Shown here: positions 50,089 through 61,786 of the stretch, piece by piece | Position numbering within the stretch: the first letter of the stretch is position 1 | Layout: each line of letters opens with the position of its first letter | NCBI GenBank assembly: GCA_032718475.1 | Contig: JAUCBJ010005572.1 | Location: forward strand, 3,058 to 67,057 | Direction of reading: 5' to 3' | DNA: 64,000 nucleotides | DNA from: Nemertoderma westbladi | Lineage: Eukaryota > Animalia > Xenacoelomorpha | Made by a program: the position numbers and the translations under genes | Notes under the pieces: generated by a model | Database searches by the model: none | What the model was told of the DNA's origin: nothing | Seen by the model: only the letters and a program-made list of their open reading frames with translations

Positions 50089-51248
50089 AGGTTAAAAACA
50101 ACAGTATCACGGAGTAACACTAGCTACAGTATGGACTTCCACTTATTTTTCGCAAACCTATTATGAGTTAGGTTTATATTTCGGGTCTTCCTTAACCTTG
50201 CCTGCGTCGTACACTAAAATGAGCCGATGATGCGTTGCTAAAATAATGTAACTTGTCATGTAGGCATACAAGTACAGTATAAACGTATACAGTTACATGC
50301 TTTTCATTTACAACATGTTGGTTGTTACAAGTTTTTGAAATAGCAAGATTTAACAAACCATTCTATTGGTGCGAAATCCATTAATTAATAATTTATACGT
50401 ACATATTGGCTCTATATTTTTTTTTCTATATATTTATTATATATATATATTTACAGTATATTGTGAATTTTTCTATATATTTAAATTTACGCCCCCATGC
50501 GGGGCAATTGATGACTTTATTTAGAAAATATATCTTAATTAAAATTAACACAGTTTTAAGTAAAATATTATAAATTAAAACAAAAATAATATCCTTTAAA
50601 AGTAACCAAATAAAGGTTATATCAACGCTCGACTTGAAAGTGTTGGGGAAGAGGTACAGTTTAACACATGATAGCGGTTGGCGGCTATTTCACCGCAGGC
50701 TCATTCCATGAAAAGGTCAACCTCCCCACTAATTTCTAAAAATGAGAATCTTTGAATTTATACTTATTTTAGGTCAAAATTTATCGTACTTCATGAATTC
50801 AGTGCTAAAAATTGTATCAACACAGGTGGTTTCTCAAAAATAGTCGAATTACAAATTATGCACCTGTTCTGCACAAAATGTGAATAAAAGTGTGCAAAAG
50901 TTTCGTTTCCTGTAGGCACTTCCTATGACCAATAAATTAACATTTCTGAGGATGTACCAAATCAAAAACAAACCCATTTTTGATTTTTTTTAGTTTCGTT
51001 TAATTTCACCAGTGTTTAATTCCTCTGTAATGAAATCGATAAAGTTAATCATGTGATGTCCCATACTTTACCTAAAATGTGAAATTTTTAGTTTTTTCAC
51101 AGAGATGTAACTCAGCCTAATCACCCAGTGGAATGTAAAGCACGTTTGTGTTGCGTCATCGTATAAAACAATTAGTTTCATTTTCACTCCCTCAGAAATA
51201 TCATGGCGGCCAATTGAAAATTGTCCCATACTTTACCATTAAAATGGC

Positions 51249-51354
51249 GATTATATTAGTGCACTGTATTAATGTAAAATGTGAAGCTAGGAGTGTTATT
51301 ATTATAACACTCCTGGCTTCACATTTTACATTAATACAGTGCACTAATATAATC
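51249..51354. repeat. ~106-bp near-perfect palindrome
   Basis: GATTATATTAGTGCACTGTATTAATGTAAAATGTGAAGCTAGGAGTGTTAT pairs with ATAACACTCCTGGCTTCACATTTTACATTAATACAGTGCACTAATATAATC with one mismatch. Confidence 0.9.
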
Positions 51355-51564
51355 TCTAAGGTCATAGTAGGCCGTAAGAATATGAGTCTATATTTGAACT
51401 GAGAATCATTCATCAGTCAAGTAATCTTTGGGTTTATGCATGTAAAGTCCCATACTTTACCAAAAAATAGTGAAATTTTTAATTTATACACAGAGAAGTA
51501 GTCTAACTCAGCCCAATCACCCAGTGGAATGCAAAGCACGTTTGTGTTGCGTCATCTTAAGAAA

Positions 51565-52157
51565 TGTGAGCGGATTCAATTCCGCATCACCAACCCCCAT
51601 ACAGTTGGAAAGGGCGCCTTTAAGCAATATTGGGAAGTACGAGGTTGATTACCAATCAACCTCGTATCACCCCCAATAACGGGCACAATACACAGCCCCA
51701 AAGAGCCACACAATAGAGGTTAGAGGTCAAGCTACCTCGAGGAGAGAGAGTAACAGCAGCGGGGGGAAGCACTCCCACAGAGGTGAAGGCGAGAAGTAGG
51801 TTATCAACCAATGGGGGGACAGGAAAGGCATCCGCTGAGTAGTAGGGCCAAGGTAATGTAGGGTGATTAGATATATATTACCGGTCAATGTTTGTGCCAT
51901 TTAGTTTACTCAGTAGTTTACTCAGTCACTTAGGGTAGTACGGTGACACTTTAAGACCGTCACCGCCGTCACCAATCAGTTACCATATCATTACCGGTCA
52001 ACTGTGCTATCTCAGTATCTGTTATCACCTATATTATATATATATTACCGTTCAAGTTTATTAACAACACTGGAACAACAGACTCTCTTTTTCCATCACA
52101 CAGTGCGGCTGACGCGTACATAAACCAAACTGGTCGGGATCCTCTGATCCCATCACA
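51565..52157 (+). repeat. 5' LTR of copy B (593 bp)
   Basis: TGTGAGC...CATCACA; TATA-like run near 51882 and TCAGT near 51910 and 51922. Confidence 0.95.
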
Positions 52158-52221
52158 GTCTTAAAGTCTAAGAACTGCCAAATTGTGACTGCCAGCCACC
52201 AGAGAAGAACAGAGTTAAGAG

Positions 52222-55200
52222 ATGAGTTAAGAAGGAGAGACGACACCGTCGCGGACCCCGGACGACGACCTAACGATCCGCGAGGCCGCAACGCGATGGT
52301 ATCAACCCACGATGCCGGGTTCGTCGACAATAGACGATCCGGCAATCCAAGCGGAGGGGGCCGTCTACAAAGAGGAACGATCGAGTCGAGAAAAGGGAGA
52401 GACAAGTCGACGCACGACGGCGGTCGAGGTACCGATGTCGCCGGCCAACCACAGGCCGAGGGTGACGGACGGCCCACCAGAACGGCGATGGTGGGGCCGC
52501 CGGTTTGACGCCGAACATGGAGAGAAAGAGGGGATGTCGGCAACGAGGACGTCGGAGTCAGCGACTGGCTCCGACGGGCCTACAATGCGATGAGGAAACA
52601 GATGAAGGAAGCTAAGGAGGGGCAAAACTGGACCAGGTGAAACTAGATCAGCGACTAGGTGAGTCGAACAAACATTTTAACTATCTAGTTCGATTTGGGC
52701 AAGGAAAGTTGGCGGGTGAAAGAGCGAGAGAGACTGCCACTGAACTGTTCGAACTGTGGCAATCTAGGGGTGTAGTGTACATAGGGCCATACTTAGTGGA
52801 TGCCAGGGGAATTAAGTTAGTGGGTTGGGCGGGACCGCGGGAGGGCAAATCCGAGGTTAACCCCAAGGATTCGGTCTCGTCGGTCGGTGAAAACCTCAGA
52901 AAGCGGGGGAAAGTTAGTAGGACGAGGAGGCGACGGGAGTCCGTCACGACCGACAAGTCTGCTACATCCTCCGCAAAAGTAAGAAGGGTGCTAGAAATAG
53001 ATCTGGCGTGCCAGTTGGATATCGTGGTGCTAGACCAAAAGGAGTTAGAGAGGCAGTTGGAGGAGGGAGCTGCGTTGCTAGAGAGAGAGAGAGAGAGAGT
53101 TGGCGAGGGAGTGTAAAGAGAGAGCTGATAGGGTAGCCAGGAACTGTAGGGAGAAAGAAGAGAGGGAGAAAGAGAAGCGCGAGGAGCGAGAAGGGAGGGA
53201 GAAAGAGGAGCGCGAGAGGGAGAAAGAGGAGCGCAAGAGGGAGAAAGAGGAGCACAAGAGGGAGAAAGAGGAGCGAGAAGGGAGGGAGAAAGAGGAGCGC
53301 GAGAGGGAGAAAGAGGAGCGCAAAGAACAAGAAGTGAGAGAGGCAGCAAGGGTGGAGAGAGAAACAAATGAACATAGAGAGCGGGTTGCGAGAGAGGCAG
53401 AGTTGGCCGAGCAAAGTTTACGAGAGGATAGAGAGAGGGAGAGAGAGGGGAAGCGTATGCGGGATGATATGCATACCCGGCTAAGAGGGCTTATGCAGTA
53501 TCAGGCCAAGCAGAAGCGCCGACTAGAACTGGCGCAGTTGGGGCTATCAGAGAGTGAGGCTGGCTCGGGTAGTATTTACGAGGAGCCAGAGGTAGTGAAA
53601 ACGTTTGTTAATACCCCACTTACAGGCACCGAGAGAACCAGAACTGGTGTAGCCGTACGGGCGGGGGGGGGGGGGGGGGGGTAATAATAATACGTTAGGA
53701 GATATTAATATTAATAGTACTGTAGTAGATAACCCTAATCAAACTTTTATTACAGGAAATAGTATTTTACCCGGTGATTTAAATACAAATAATCCAAATA
53801 ATAATTTAAACCCAAATATCCAAAATAATCCAAATAATAATATTAATTTAAATATAGAAAATAATAATTCTAATTCAAATATTCCAAATAATTCGATTAA
53901 TAATTTAAATTTAGAAAATAATAATAATTCTAATTTAAATAATTTAAATAATAATATTGATAACGGCTCTATTAATACTAATGTAGACACAGGTAGTCCA
54001 GCCAACGAGGGCCTGCAAGGCCACGCAGTTAGTGCGCAGGGAGTAGCGGGGGTGAGAGACCCCGAACGGGGCCTGGTAGGCCACGTAGTTAGTAGGCAGG
54101 GAGTAGCGGGGGTGAGTCAACCCGACGGGGGCCTGTCAGGCCACGCAGTTGCACAGGGAGAGGCGGGGGTGAGTAGACCCAGCCGCAGTAGAGACAGTGC
54201 GTCGACTAGAGAGGGGTGTAGAAGTGAAGTAAGAGATAGTGAAGTTAGAAGTGGCGAGTGGCGAGTGGGGGGGGCTACGGGCGCCCCACCACGGAAGATT
54301 AGTGGCGAGAGAGGGGGGCAGAGAATGCCCCGCAAGGGGGGCGTAGAAGTGAAGTAAGAGATAGTGAAGTAAGAAGTGGCGGGTGTGGGGGGGCTACGGG
54401 CGCCCCACCACGAGAGATTAGTAGCAAGAAGGGGGGGCAGAGAATATCCCACAGGTGTCGGCGGATAATGCGTGGGGCAAGTTAGGTGAACTGCGGCAGC
54501 CGACGACGGAGAATAGTAGGGGGATGGCGAGTATCCCCAGGAGGGTCCAGCCGGACAGAGTAGAGACAGATGTTAGCACCGAGAGTGGGCGAGCGAGAAG
54601 ATGTCAGTCGGAAGAGAGAAGAAGATTAGTAGAGTTTAACCGGGAGGTCGAAGAGAGAAGAAGTGAAGAGAATAATAGAAGAGTCGTTGCTAGGAGCAAC
54701 CGGAGAGCAAGGACGGATAGAGAGCCGTCGATATTAGAGATGGAGTTAGGGAGTCAGTGGGGTCGAACTCTGGGAGATTGCCGTCGCCCCGGAGAAACGC
54801 ACCGCACGCCAAGAGAGGGGTACAGGATGTACCGATATGAAGACGGAAACAGGAGAGGGGATCGAAGAGAAACTTCCCGACGGGATATAGCTGCCGATCG
54901 AGAGTACGGTAGTCGCGGGGAGATTCGAGATTTGAGAAGATTAAACTTCGGTTCGGAAGGGCACATGCAGACTGCAGGACATACTGTAGGCCTTACTGCA
55001 CATACTATTATAGGCCATACTGGGAGAGATAGTGTAGGCGATAGGGTAGCGCGAACGATGGGATTAAACCCGGAAGTCACGGAGTACATGCCGGTAGGTA
55101 GGCAAGAAGTGGATAGGCCTATATCGGTACCAGCACAGCAGCATGACTATAATATCCAGGGACATAACATATATCCAGGGGAGGGGAGAGTTATTGCAAA

Positions 55201-57728
55201 TAGATGTATGGGCCCCAATATATTAACATCAACCCCAGTACCAAACATACCGGTGGGGGGGGGGGGGGGGACAGGGTGACATTCCTCCATTACAACATCA
55301 ACAATATACTCGAACAGCAACGAGAACATCGAACCCCCTGGACGAGAACAGGTCGTGCGACATGGAGATATGGAGGGGGCCGTTACCCCCAATGATATAT
55401 CCAACTCAAACAAAATCAACAGACAGGACGGGCGGACCGCACCCAACAGGAGAATCTGTACAGCGTCCTTCGAACCCATTGGAAGCACAGGCAATGGGAA
55501 TGGCGACACTAATCGATGCATTAAAGACCAGGATCTAGTTACCACCAGTCGAGCCATTTAAATTTGACGGAAGTAGGCCGGAAGAATACCTGCAATTTCG
55601 GCGCATGTATAGCAACGAGATATTAAGTAATAACTTGACGCAGGCGGAGTGCCTAAAATATCTACAGGTATATACAGGAGGCCCAGCGTATGACATCATG
55701 AGGCAGTATCAGGGCATCGAGGGCGGCTTCACGACTGCATGGCGGGCGCTAGACAGGGAATACGGACACCCAGCCAAGATCATCCAGCAGACCCTGAGGG
55801 GTATAACATCAGGTGGCCTACAAGACAACCCTGTTAGCATAAAGACCTTTGCGAACAAGGTCGAGAAGGCGTTAATCGTACTGAAGACATTAGACGCGCC
55901 ATACGAACTCAACGCATCTAATAACATCACCACGATAGCGCAGGCACTGTCGATCTGGCTGCGGAGCAAGTGGAGGAAGATCGCCTTCTCCACCCGGGAG
56001 AAGAAAGGTGCGGAGCCAGGGCTAGAGGAAATGTCAAACTTCCTCAACTACGAAGCCAAGTTGATTACAGACCCAGTCTATAGTGAGGATAGTTTTGGGA
56101 AGGCGCCAAAGATCGAATACAACAGGCCTAAACCCAAACACAATCCTGCAGATCCATTCCCGAGAGTAAGACAGTCACTACCACACGCAGCCACACAGGG
56201 GGCTACGAGCCCACAGTTAGCTGGGAGTAGGGCCACACCGTGGCAGGGACAGAAAGAAAATAACACCACAAATAAACATAATCCCAACATACCCAGTAGG
56301 CCGAGTCTAGATAACCAAAACACTAAATCGGTAGATATAAACCTACGCGCGATACGTGAGGGACTATACAGGGAACGCTACAATCCAGGATTCAAATGTC
56401 AATTACATCAGGATGGAACCCATAAGACCATGAGTTGTAAGCACTGGCAAGCGTTGCCCAAACAAGATCGTATAGCCTACACAGACGCAAACGGACTATG
56501 TCATCGATGTGTGGTAAAAGGACACAGATCCGGAGAGTGTAGAGAAACAGCAATAGGAGAGGATGAGACTGGAGGCCAAACCATGGCTACAAGCATGACA
56601 ATAGCAAGAAAAAAGAGGAAAGTACTACTCGGGGTAGTACCAGTGAAGATAACAGGAAGGGGCGGTCGATCAGTAACGACATTAATGCTGGTCGACAGCG
56701 GAGCCGCCTTCACGCTGGTGGAGAACTGGGTGGCCGAAGAGATAGGGCTAAAGACAAGGCCGAATAGAATGGCGGTAACTACCGTCTCAAGTAAGGATGA
56801 GGTCCTGGAGATGAGGACGGGGCAGTGCAAGATAGCAGCGATAGCACTGGGATGCGATTATGGGGCGACGATCGACCCCATCCACGTGATAGAATCGATA
56901 AATATCAACGCCAGGCGACCAACCAACATTGAGGTCGAACAATATAGATTCCTGGACAGTATCGATTTCTCAATACCAGAGGTGGACGTTAGGAAGGTAT
57001 CCATTATAGTAGGAATGGACTGTCCGATGGCCCACGAGAGAATGAAGACGGTCTTCGGCGAAGACAGACAGTGGGATCCGACAGTGATCCTCATGCCGTT
57101 CGGATGGACGCTTAGCGGCCCAGTTAATACCGAGATTCCATCCAGGGTGACGGAGACATCAAGGTGCATGTTACCAGGCACCGTAGACGTTGTGGACGAA
57201 GAGGAGAAACAGGAGACAGCAGATAAACCAGATGGGGAAGTAAAAGTAAGAGAGTGGGCGGAGGAGAATGGATTTCCCAGCAGGTATCGGTATGGGGATG
57301 GAGAGGAGCGGACGCCGAGATGTCCGGAGGACAACAGTCCGGAGGAGTGTCTGGGGGAGTGTTGGAAGGAGTGTCCAGAGGAGTGTCCAGAGGAGACGCC
57401 GGTCCGGTTGAGAGGCATACCGACAAGGGGGAGGTCGAGTAAGAAGACAGGATGGAAAGGGATAGGACTACTATTGTACGTTCTGTTTTGTCTGTTCTTT
57501 CACTTTCTTTTCATTCTGCCGCCAGGAGACAACAAGGTGGGAGGTGGCATTTTGATGCCAAGAGACGAGGAAGTTAAGAAGGCGGCGGAGAGACCCGATT
57601 TTAGGGTGGTAGAAGAGGGAGAACCAATTCCTGGTGAGTTGGAATTGGCGAAGAGAGTGCAGCGAATCCTACAGGACCTACAAGGGGAGCAGTGGGAGAG
57701 TGCCAGTTGGAAGAATCGCCCTAGTTAG
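52222..57728 (+). pseudogene. Gag-protease-tail polyprotein of copy B; upstream part disrupted, 55605-57728 still open (707 aa)
   Basis: MS*EGETTPSRTPDDDLTIRE aligns with the copy A start; stops and frameshifts upstream; Gag core, CHRCVVKGHRSGEC, LVDSGA and GIGLLLYVLFCLFFHFLFILP are retained. Confidence 0.85.
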
Positions 57729-58973
57729 GTGAAGTTGAGTCGTCCAATATTTTGGACTGAGGGGGGTGAAAATGAGGGCGAGACGCCCTTCCCACACAAA
57801 TAAATAATTATTTAAATAAAAAAAAAAAAAATTAAGTAATCAAATAATTAAATAAGAAGAAGGTAGAAAGTAATAGTTAAAAATAGTAAGAATAGTAAGT
57901 AGCAGAATAGTAATAGTAAGAAGTTAGTAGTCAGATAGTTAGTAGAAGCTAGATAGTAAGTAGAAAGTTAGAAGATAGTACGTAGTAGTTAGAAGATAGT
58001 AATTAAGTTACCGTTAGAAGTCGGCGGGTATAGGGAGTGTGGTATATAGACATACCACGGGAGTAGGAGGGTACGTAGTACCGAGAGAGTTAGAAGTCGG
58101 CGGGTATAGGGAGTGTGGTATATAGACATACCACGGGAGTAGGAGGGTACGTAGTACTGAGAGGGTTAGAAGTCGGCGGGTATAAGGGAGTGTGGTATAT
58201 TCACATGCCACGAGTAGTAGAGGGGTTGTGGGCACCGCAAGCGCCACGTAGACAGAGGTAGTAGCAGAGTTAGAAGTAGTAGTAGAGTGGTTGTGGGCAC
58301 CGCAAGCGCCACGTAGATGGAGGTAGTAAGCAGAGTGGTTGTGGGCACCGCAAGCGCCACATAGATAGAGGTGGTAGCAGAGTTAGAGGTAGCAGTAGAA
58401 TTAGGAGTTAGTAGAGTTAGAGTTAGTAGAGGTAGAGAGTTAGTAGAAGTAGAGAGTTAGAAAGCTAATAGAGTTAGAGTTAGAATCAGTAGAGTTAGAG
58501 TTAGTAGAGTAAGTAGCAAGTTCGACTTTAGATAAGGTAGATAGTATGATAGCACGGTATGATAGTATAAGAGATTAGGGCCTTAGAGAATAGAGGAGTA
58601 TGAGAGAAGTCTGGAGATGAGACAGGATGCGAGAGAGAGTGCAGACAAGTGCGATTCAGGTGTGGGGAGAGAGTGAGAGTGTTAGAGTAGAGAGTAAGGT
58701 AGAGTGGAGAAGTGTTGGGGAAACAAAAATTGTGTGAGAGAAACCCACAATTGGCCCGACACGGGACGCCAGATGTCTTGGTGCAAGATAGATGAAGTTG
58801 CACCAAGACAGGGTAGCGATATCATACCCATGGGTAGCGGCCTGGAAAGCCGGCTCCGAGGAAAAAATAACTCCACCCCACACCCAATAGTAGATCGGGT
58901 TTCCAGCGGAATTGAAGCGCGCTTAGAGGTTGATGCTATCTTCTCACCAGGAAGATAGCATGGGGGGGGGGAG

Positions 58974-59501
58974 TGTGAGCGGATTCAATTCCACCTCACC
59001 AACCCCCATACAGTTGGAAAGGGCGCCTTTAAGCAATATTGGGAAGTACGAGGTTGATTACCAATCAACCTCGTATCACCCCCAATAACGGGCACAATAC
59101 ACAGCCCCAAAGAGCCACACAATAGAGGTTAGAGGTCAAGCTACCTCAAGGAGAGAGAGTAACAGCAGCGGGGGGGAAGCACTCCCACAGAGGTGAAGGC
59201 GAGAAGTAGGTTATCAACCAATGGGGGGACAGGAAAGGCATCCGCTGAGTAGTAGGGCCAAGGTAATGTAGGGTGATTAGATATATATTACCGGTCAATG
59301 TTTGTGCCATTCAGTTTAGTCAGTAGTTTACTCAGTCACTTAGGGTAGTATGGTGACACTTTAAGACCGTCACCGCCGTCACCAATCAGTTACCATATCA
59401 TTACCGGTCAACCGTGCTATCTCAGACTCTCTTTTTCCATCACACGGTGCGGCTGACGCGTACATAAACCAAACTGGTCGGGATCCTCTGATCCCGTCAC
59501 A
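58974..59501 (+). repeat. 3' LTR of copy B (528 bp)
   Basis: Matches the 5' LTR apart from a 65-bp deletion at a CAG microhomology and roughly nine substitutions counted by eye. Confidence 0.95.
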
Positions 59502-61786
59502 AGAAACAATTAGTTTCATAATCTACTCCCTCAGAAACATCATGACGGCCAATTGAAAATTGTCCCATACTTTACCATTATAATGTCGATTACATTAGTG
59601 CACTGTATTAATGTAATATATGAAACCTGGAGGGCAGGAGTGTTATAATGCTTTAGGGTGATAGTAGGGGGAAGCATAGAAGTATGTATTTGAACTAAGA
59701 ATCATTCCTGAGTTAACTAATCTTTGGGTTTATCCATGTAAAGTCCCGTACTTTACAATAAATATCACATGTAGTATTTTAGCAGATAAGAAGATCGGTA
59801 AGTACAGTAATTGATACAATTACAGAAATGGAAAGAATTTCTAAACTTTTCACAGAATACATCTGTACCAAGTTTGGTTATATTTCATCAATAATTGGCG
59901 GACTTATTTCGGTTTTTATCAAAATTTTGAATCTATCGGTACCAACAGACAGACAGTCTGATATGTAACCTTTGATTCTTAAACCTCAGATTATTTCCAA
60001 ACTTTTGTCAGACTTCATACGTACCAGGTTTGGTTTAATTTCATCTATAAATGACCATAATACAGCATTATCGATCAAAAATTAGACAGATGACAGACAA
60101 CTCCTCAATGGCACCCATATGCTAAGACTTCGGCTCAATTTGTGGGCCGCCCCACATTTTGTATCCATATCTTGGTTGGAAATACTTAGTTGCACTTTAT
60201 TATCACTAATTATCCAGAAATTACTGTTAGATCACAAGTGTAAGACCATTTCGACCATAAAATTCGTACAGGTCCCGTACTTTACTTAGCAATGTCCCAT
60301 ACTTTACCACACAAACCACGTTGTAAATAATTAGCAATGTAACAATTAGTCTGATATTTATATTTTTATTTAAGCTAAATAATACAGCTTTATCCTAAAC
60401 ATCAACTCAACACCGTACCTGCGCACAATTCGCTAAACTTTAGAATTGAAATCATAAAATAGAAAAAACCATTTCGTACGAATCCGTACTTTACCTTAAT
60501 TGGACAAGCTTGTTGCTGCACGTGTGAACTTAGCCTTTTAGATTACTTATTTTACTAATTTTAAGCTCAAAACACCATTTTATATTGATAAAGTCGGTTA
60601 CGATATAATATTGGCTATTTCTCGTTAGATAATTCCTTGTCTGAGGGTTGTGACGCCATCTAGTGCCATTATCTGCATATCCAGCTTGTATTCGGCCTGT
60701 ATAAGGATCCACCTTATTGGCTATGCTCCTTACTGATAAGCTGATATATAAGTACGATTAGTTCTGTGGTTGATTCACTCTTTTTGTTATTGTTGGACAG
60801 AAGAAGTCGTATTGCCCATGCAGAGGCACTGATCCCCGGTCAGGTTTAATTGACTGGTGGTTATTACAGGCCTAAGGTCTCCACTTAAAGAGTTAATAAT
60901 TGAATTATAATTATTTATCGTTATATTGGATATTCTACTGGTAAATTCAATTTGTCTTTCTTATTTGCTTAATATATCGCCGATATTACAGAATCAAGGA
61001 GGTTTTACACGCGCCACAACAGGTGGGTTGCTGTAATTAAGTATCAGTGATAATCTGGACAATTGTATCGGATTTGTGTGTTGTCATATCTCTGACTTAC
61101 TAAATCATTAATATATGGCGATATTTCAGACCGTTAGCGTTAATATAAGCAAAGCTCTTATTATTAATTACATCACGATTGAGAGTTGTCACAAATTGAA
61201 TACTGTAGTGATATCAATATAATTAGACCCAAAGACTTGTCTCTTAGGCCTATACGTTTCCCCTAAAGGGAAACACAATCACCAGACTTGAGTCCTTACA
61301 GAATTAATTAGTCAGTCATTTACTTGTTATACTGTGTTGTCACACCCTCCCGGTATCGTATCTCAGTTAAATACAATAGATAATCAAATACCGTATTGAA
61401 CTAAGTGAAGTTATAGAGCAAATCAATGCATCGAAGGGAAAAAGGGTAAATAAACAGATACAGTGAGCGGTCCTTCGGTGAAAGGTACACTAGCGCAATC
61501 CCGTTTATTGTATCAGACCGGACATCTTGCCTTCATTTTTACATGGTTTATTAAGAAACAGAAAAGAGTCAAAATATATGAAAATTGAGAGTGAAAGAAC
61601 ATATTTTATCAAATGCGCTAACAAAGCTGGTGTTTTCTCAAAAGTGACCAAGTCCCGCCATAATCTTCGCGAAATCAAAGCTGATATTCGAAAGTTCAAT
61701 CCAAGCACAATTTTGTGCACATATGTGCTGTGGATAACATTGTACAGGCAATCAAAGTTCAAAATTGTGTACGAATGTCCCGTACT

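Larger units (their letters stand above)
51565..59501 (+). mobile_element. Non-autonomous BEL/Pao-type LTR element, copy B (related to copy A, different LTR)
   Basis: LTRs 51565-52157 and 58974-59501; 5-bp TSD AGAAA (51560-51564 and 59502-59506); poly-G/AG PPT at 58962-58973; Gag-PR-tail ORF collinear with copy A; no RT/RH/IN. Confidence 0.93.
51058..59757. repeat. ~390-bp diverged tandem duplication whose second unit is split by LTR copy B
   Basis: Unit 1 (about 51058-51446) aligns with 51447-51564 plus 59507-59742 (AACTCAGCC.AATCACCCAGTGGAATG..., CAATTAGTTTCA..., GGCCAATTGAAAATTGTCCCATACTTTACC). Confidence 0.8.
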
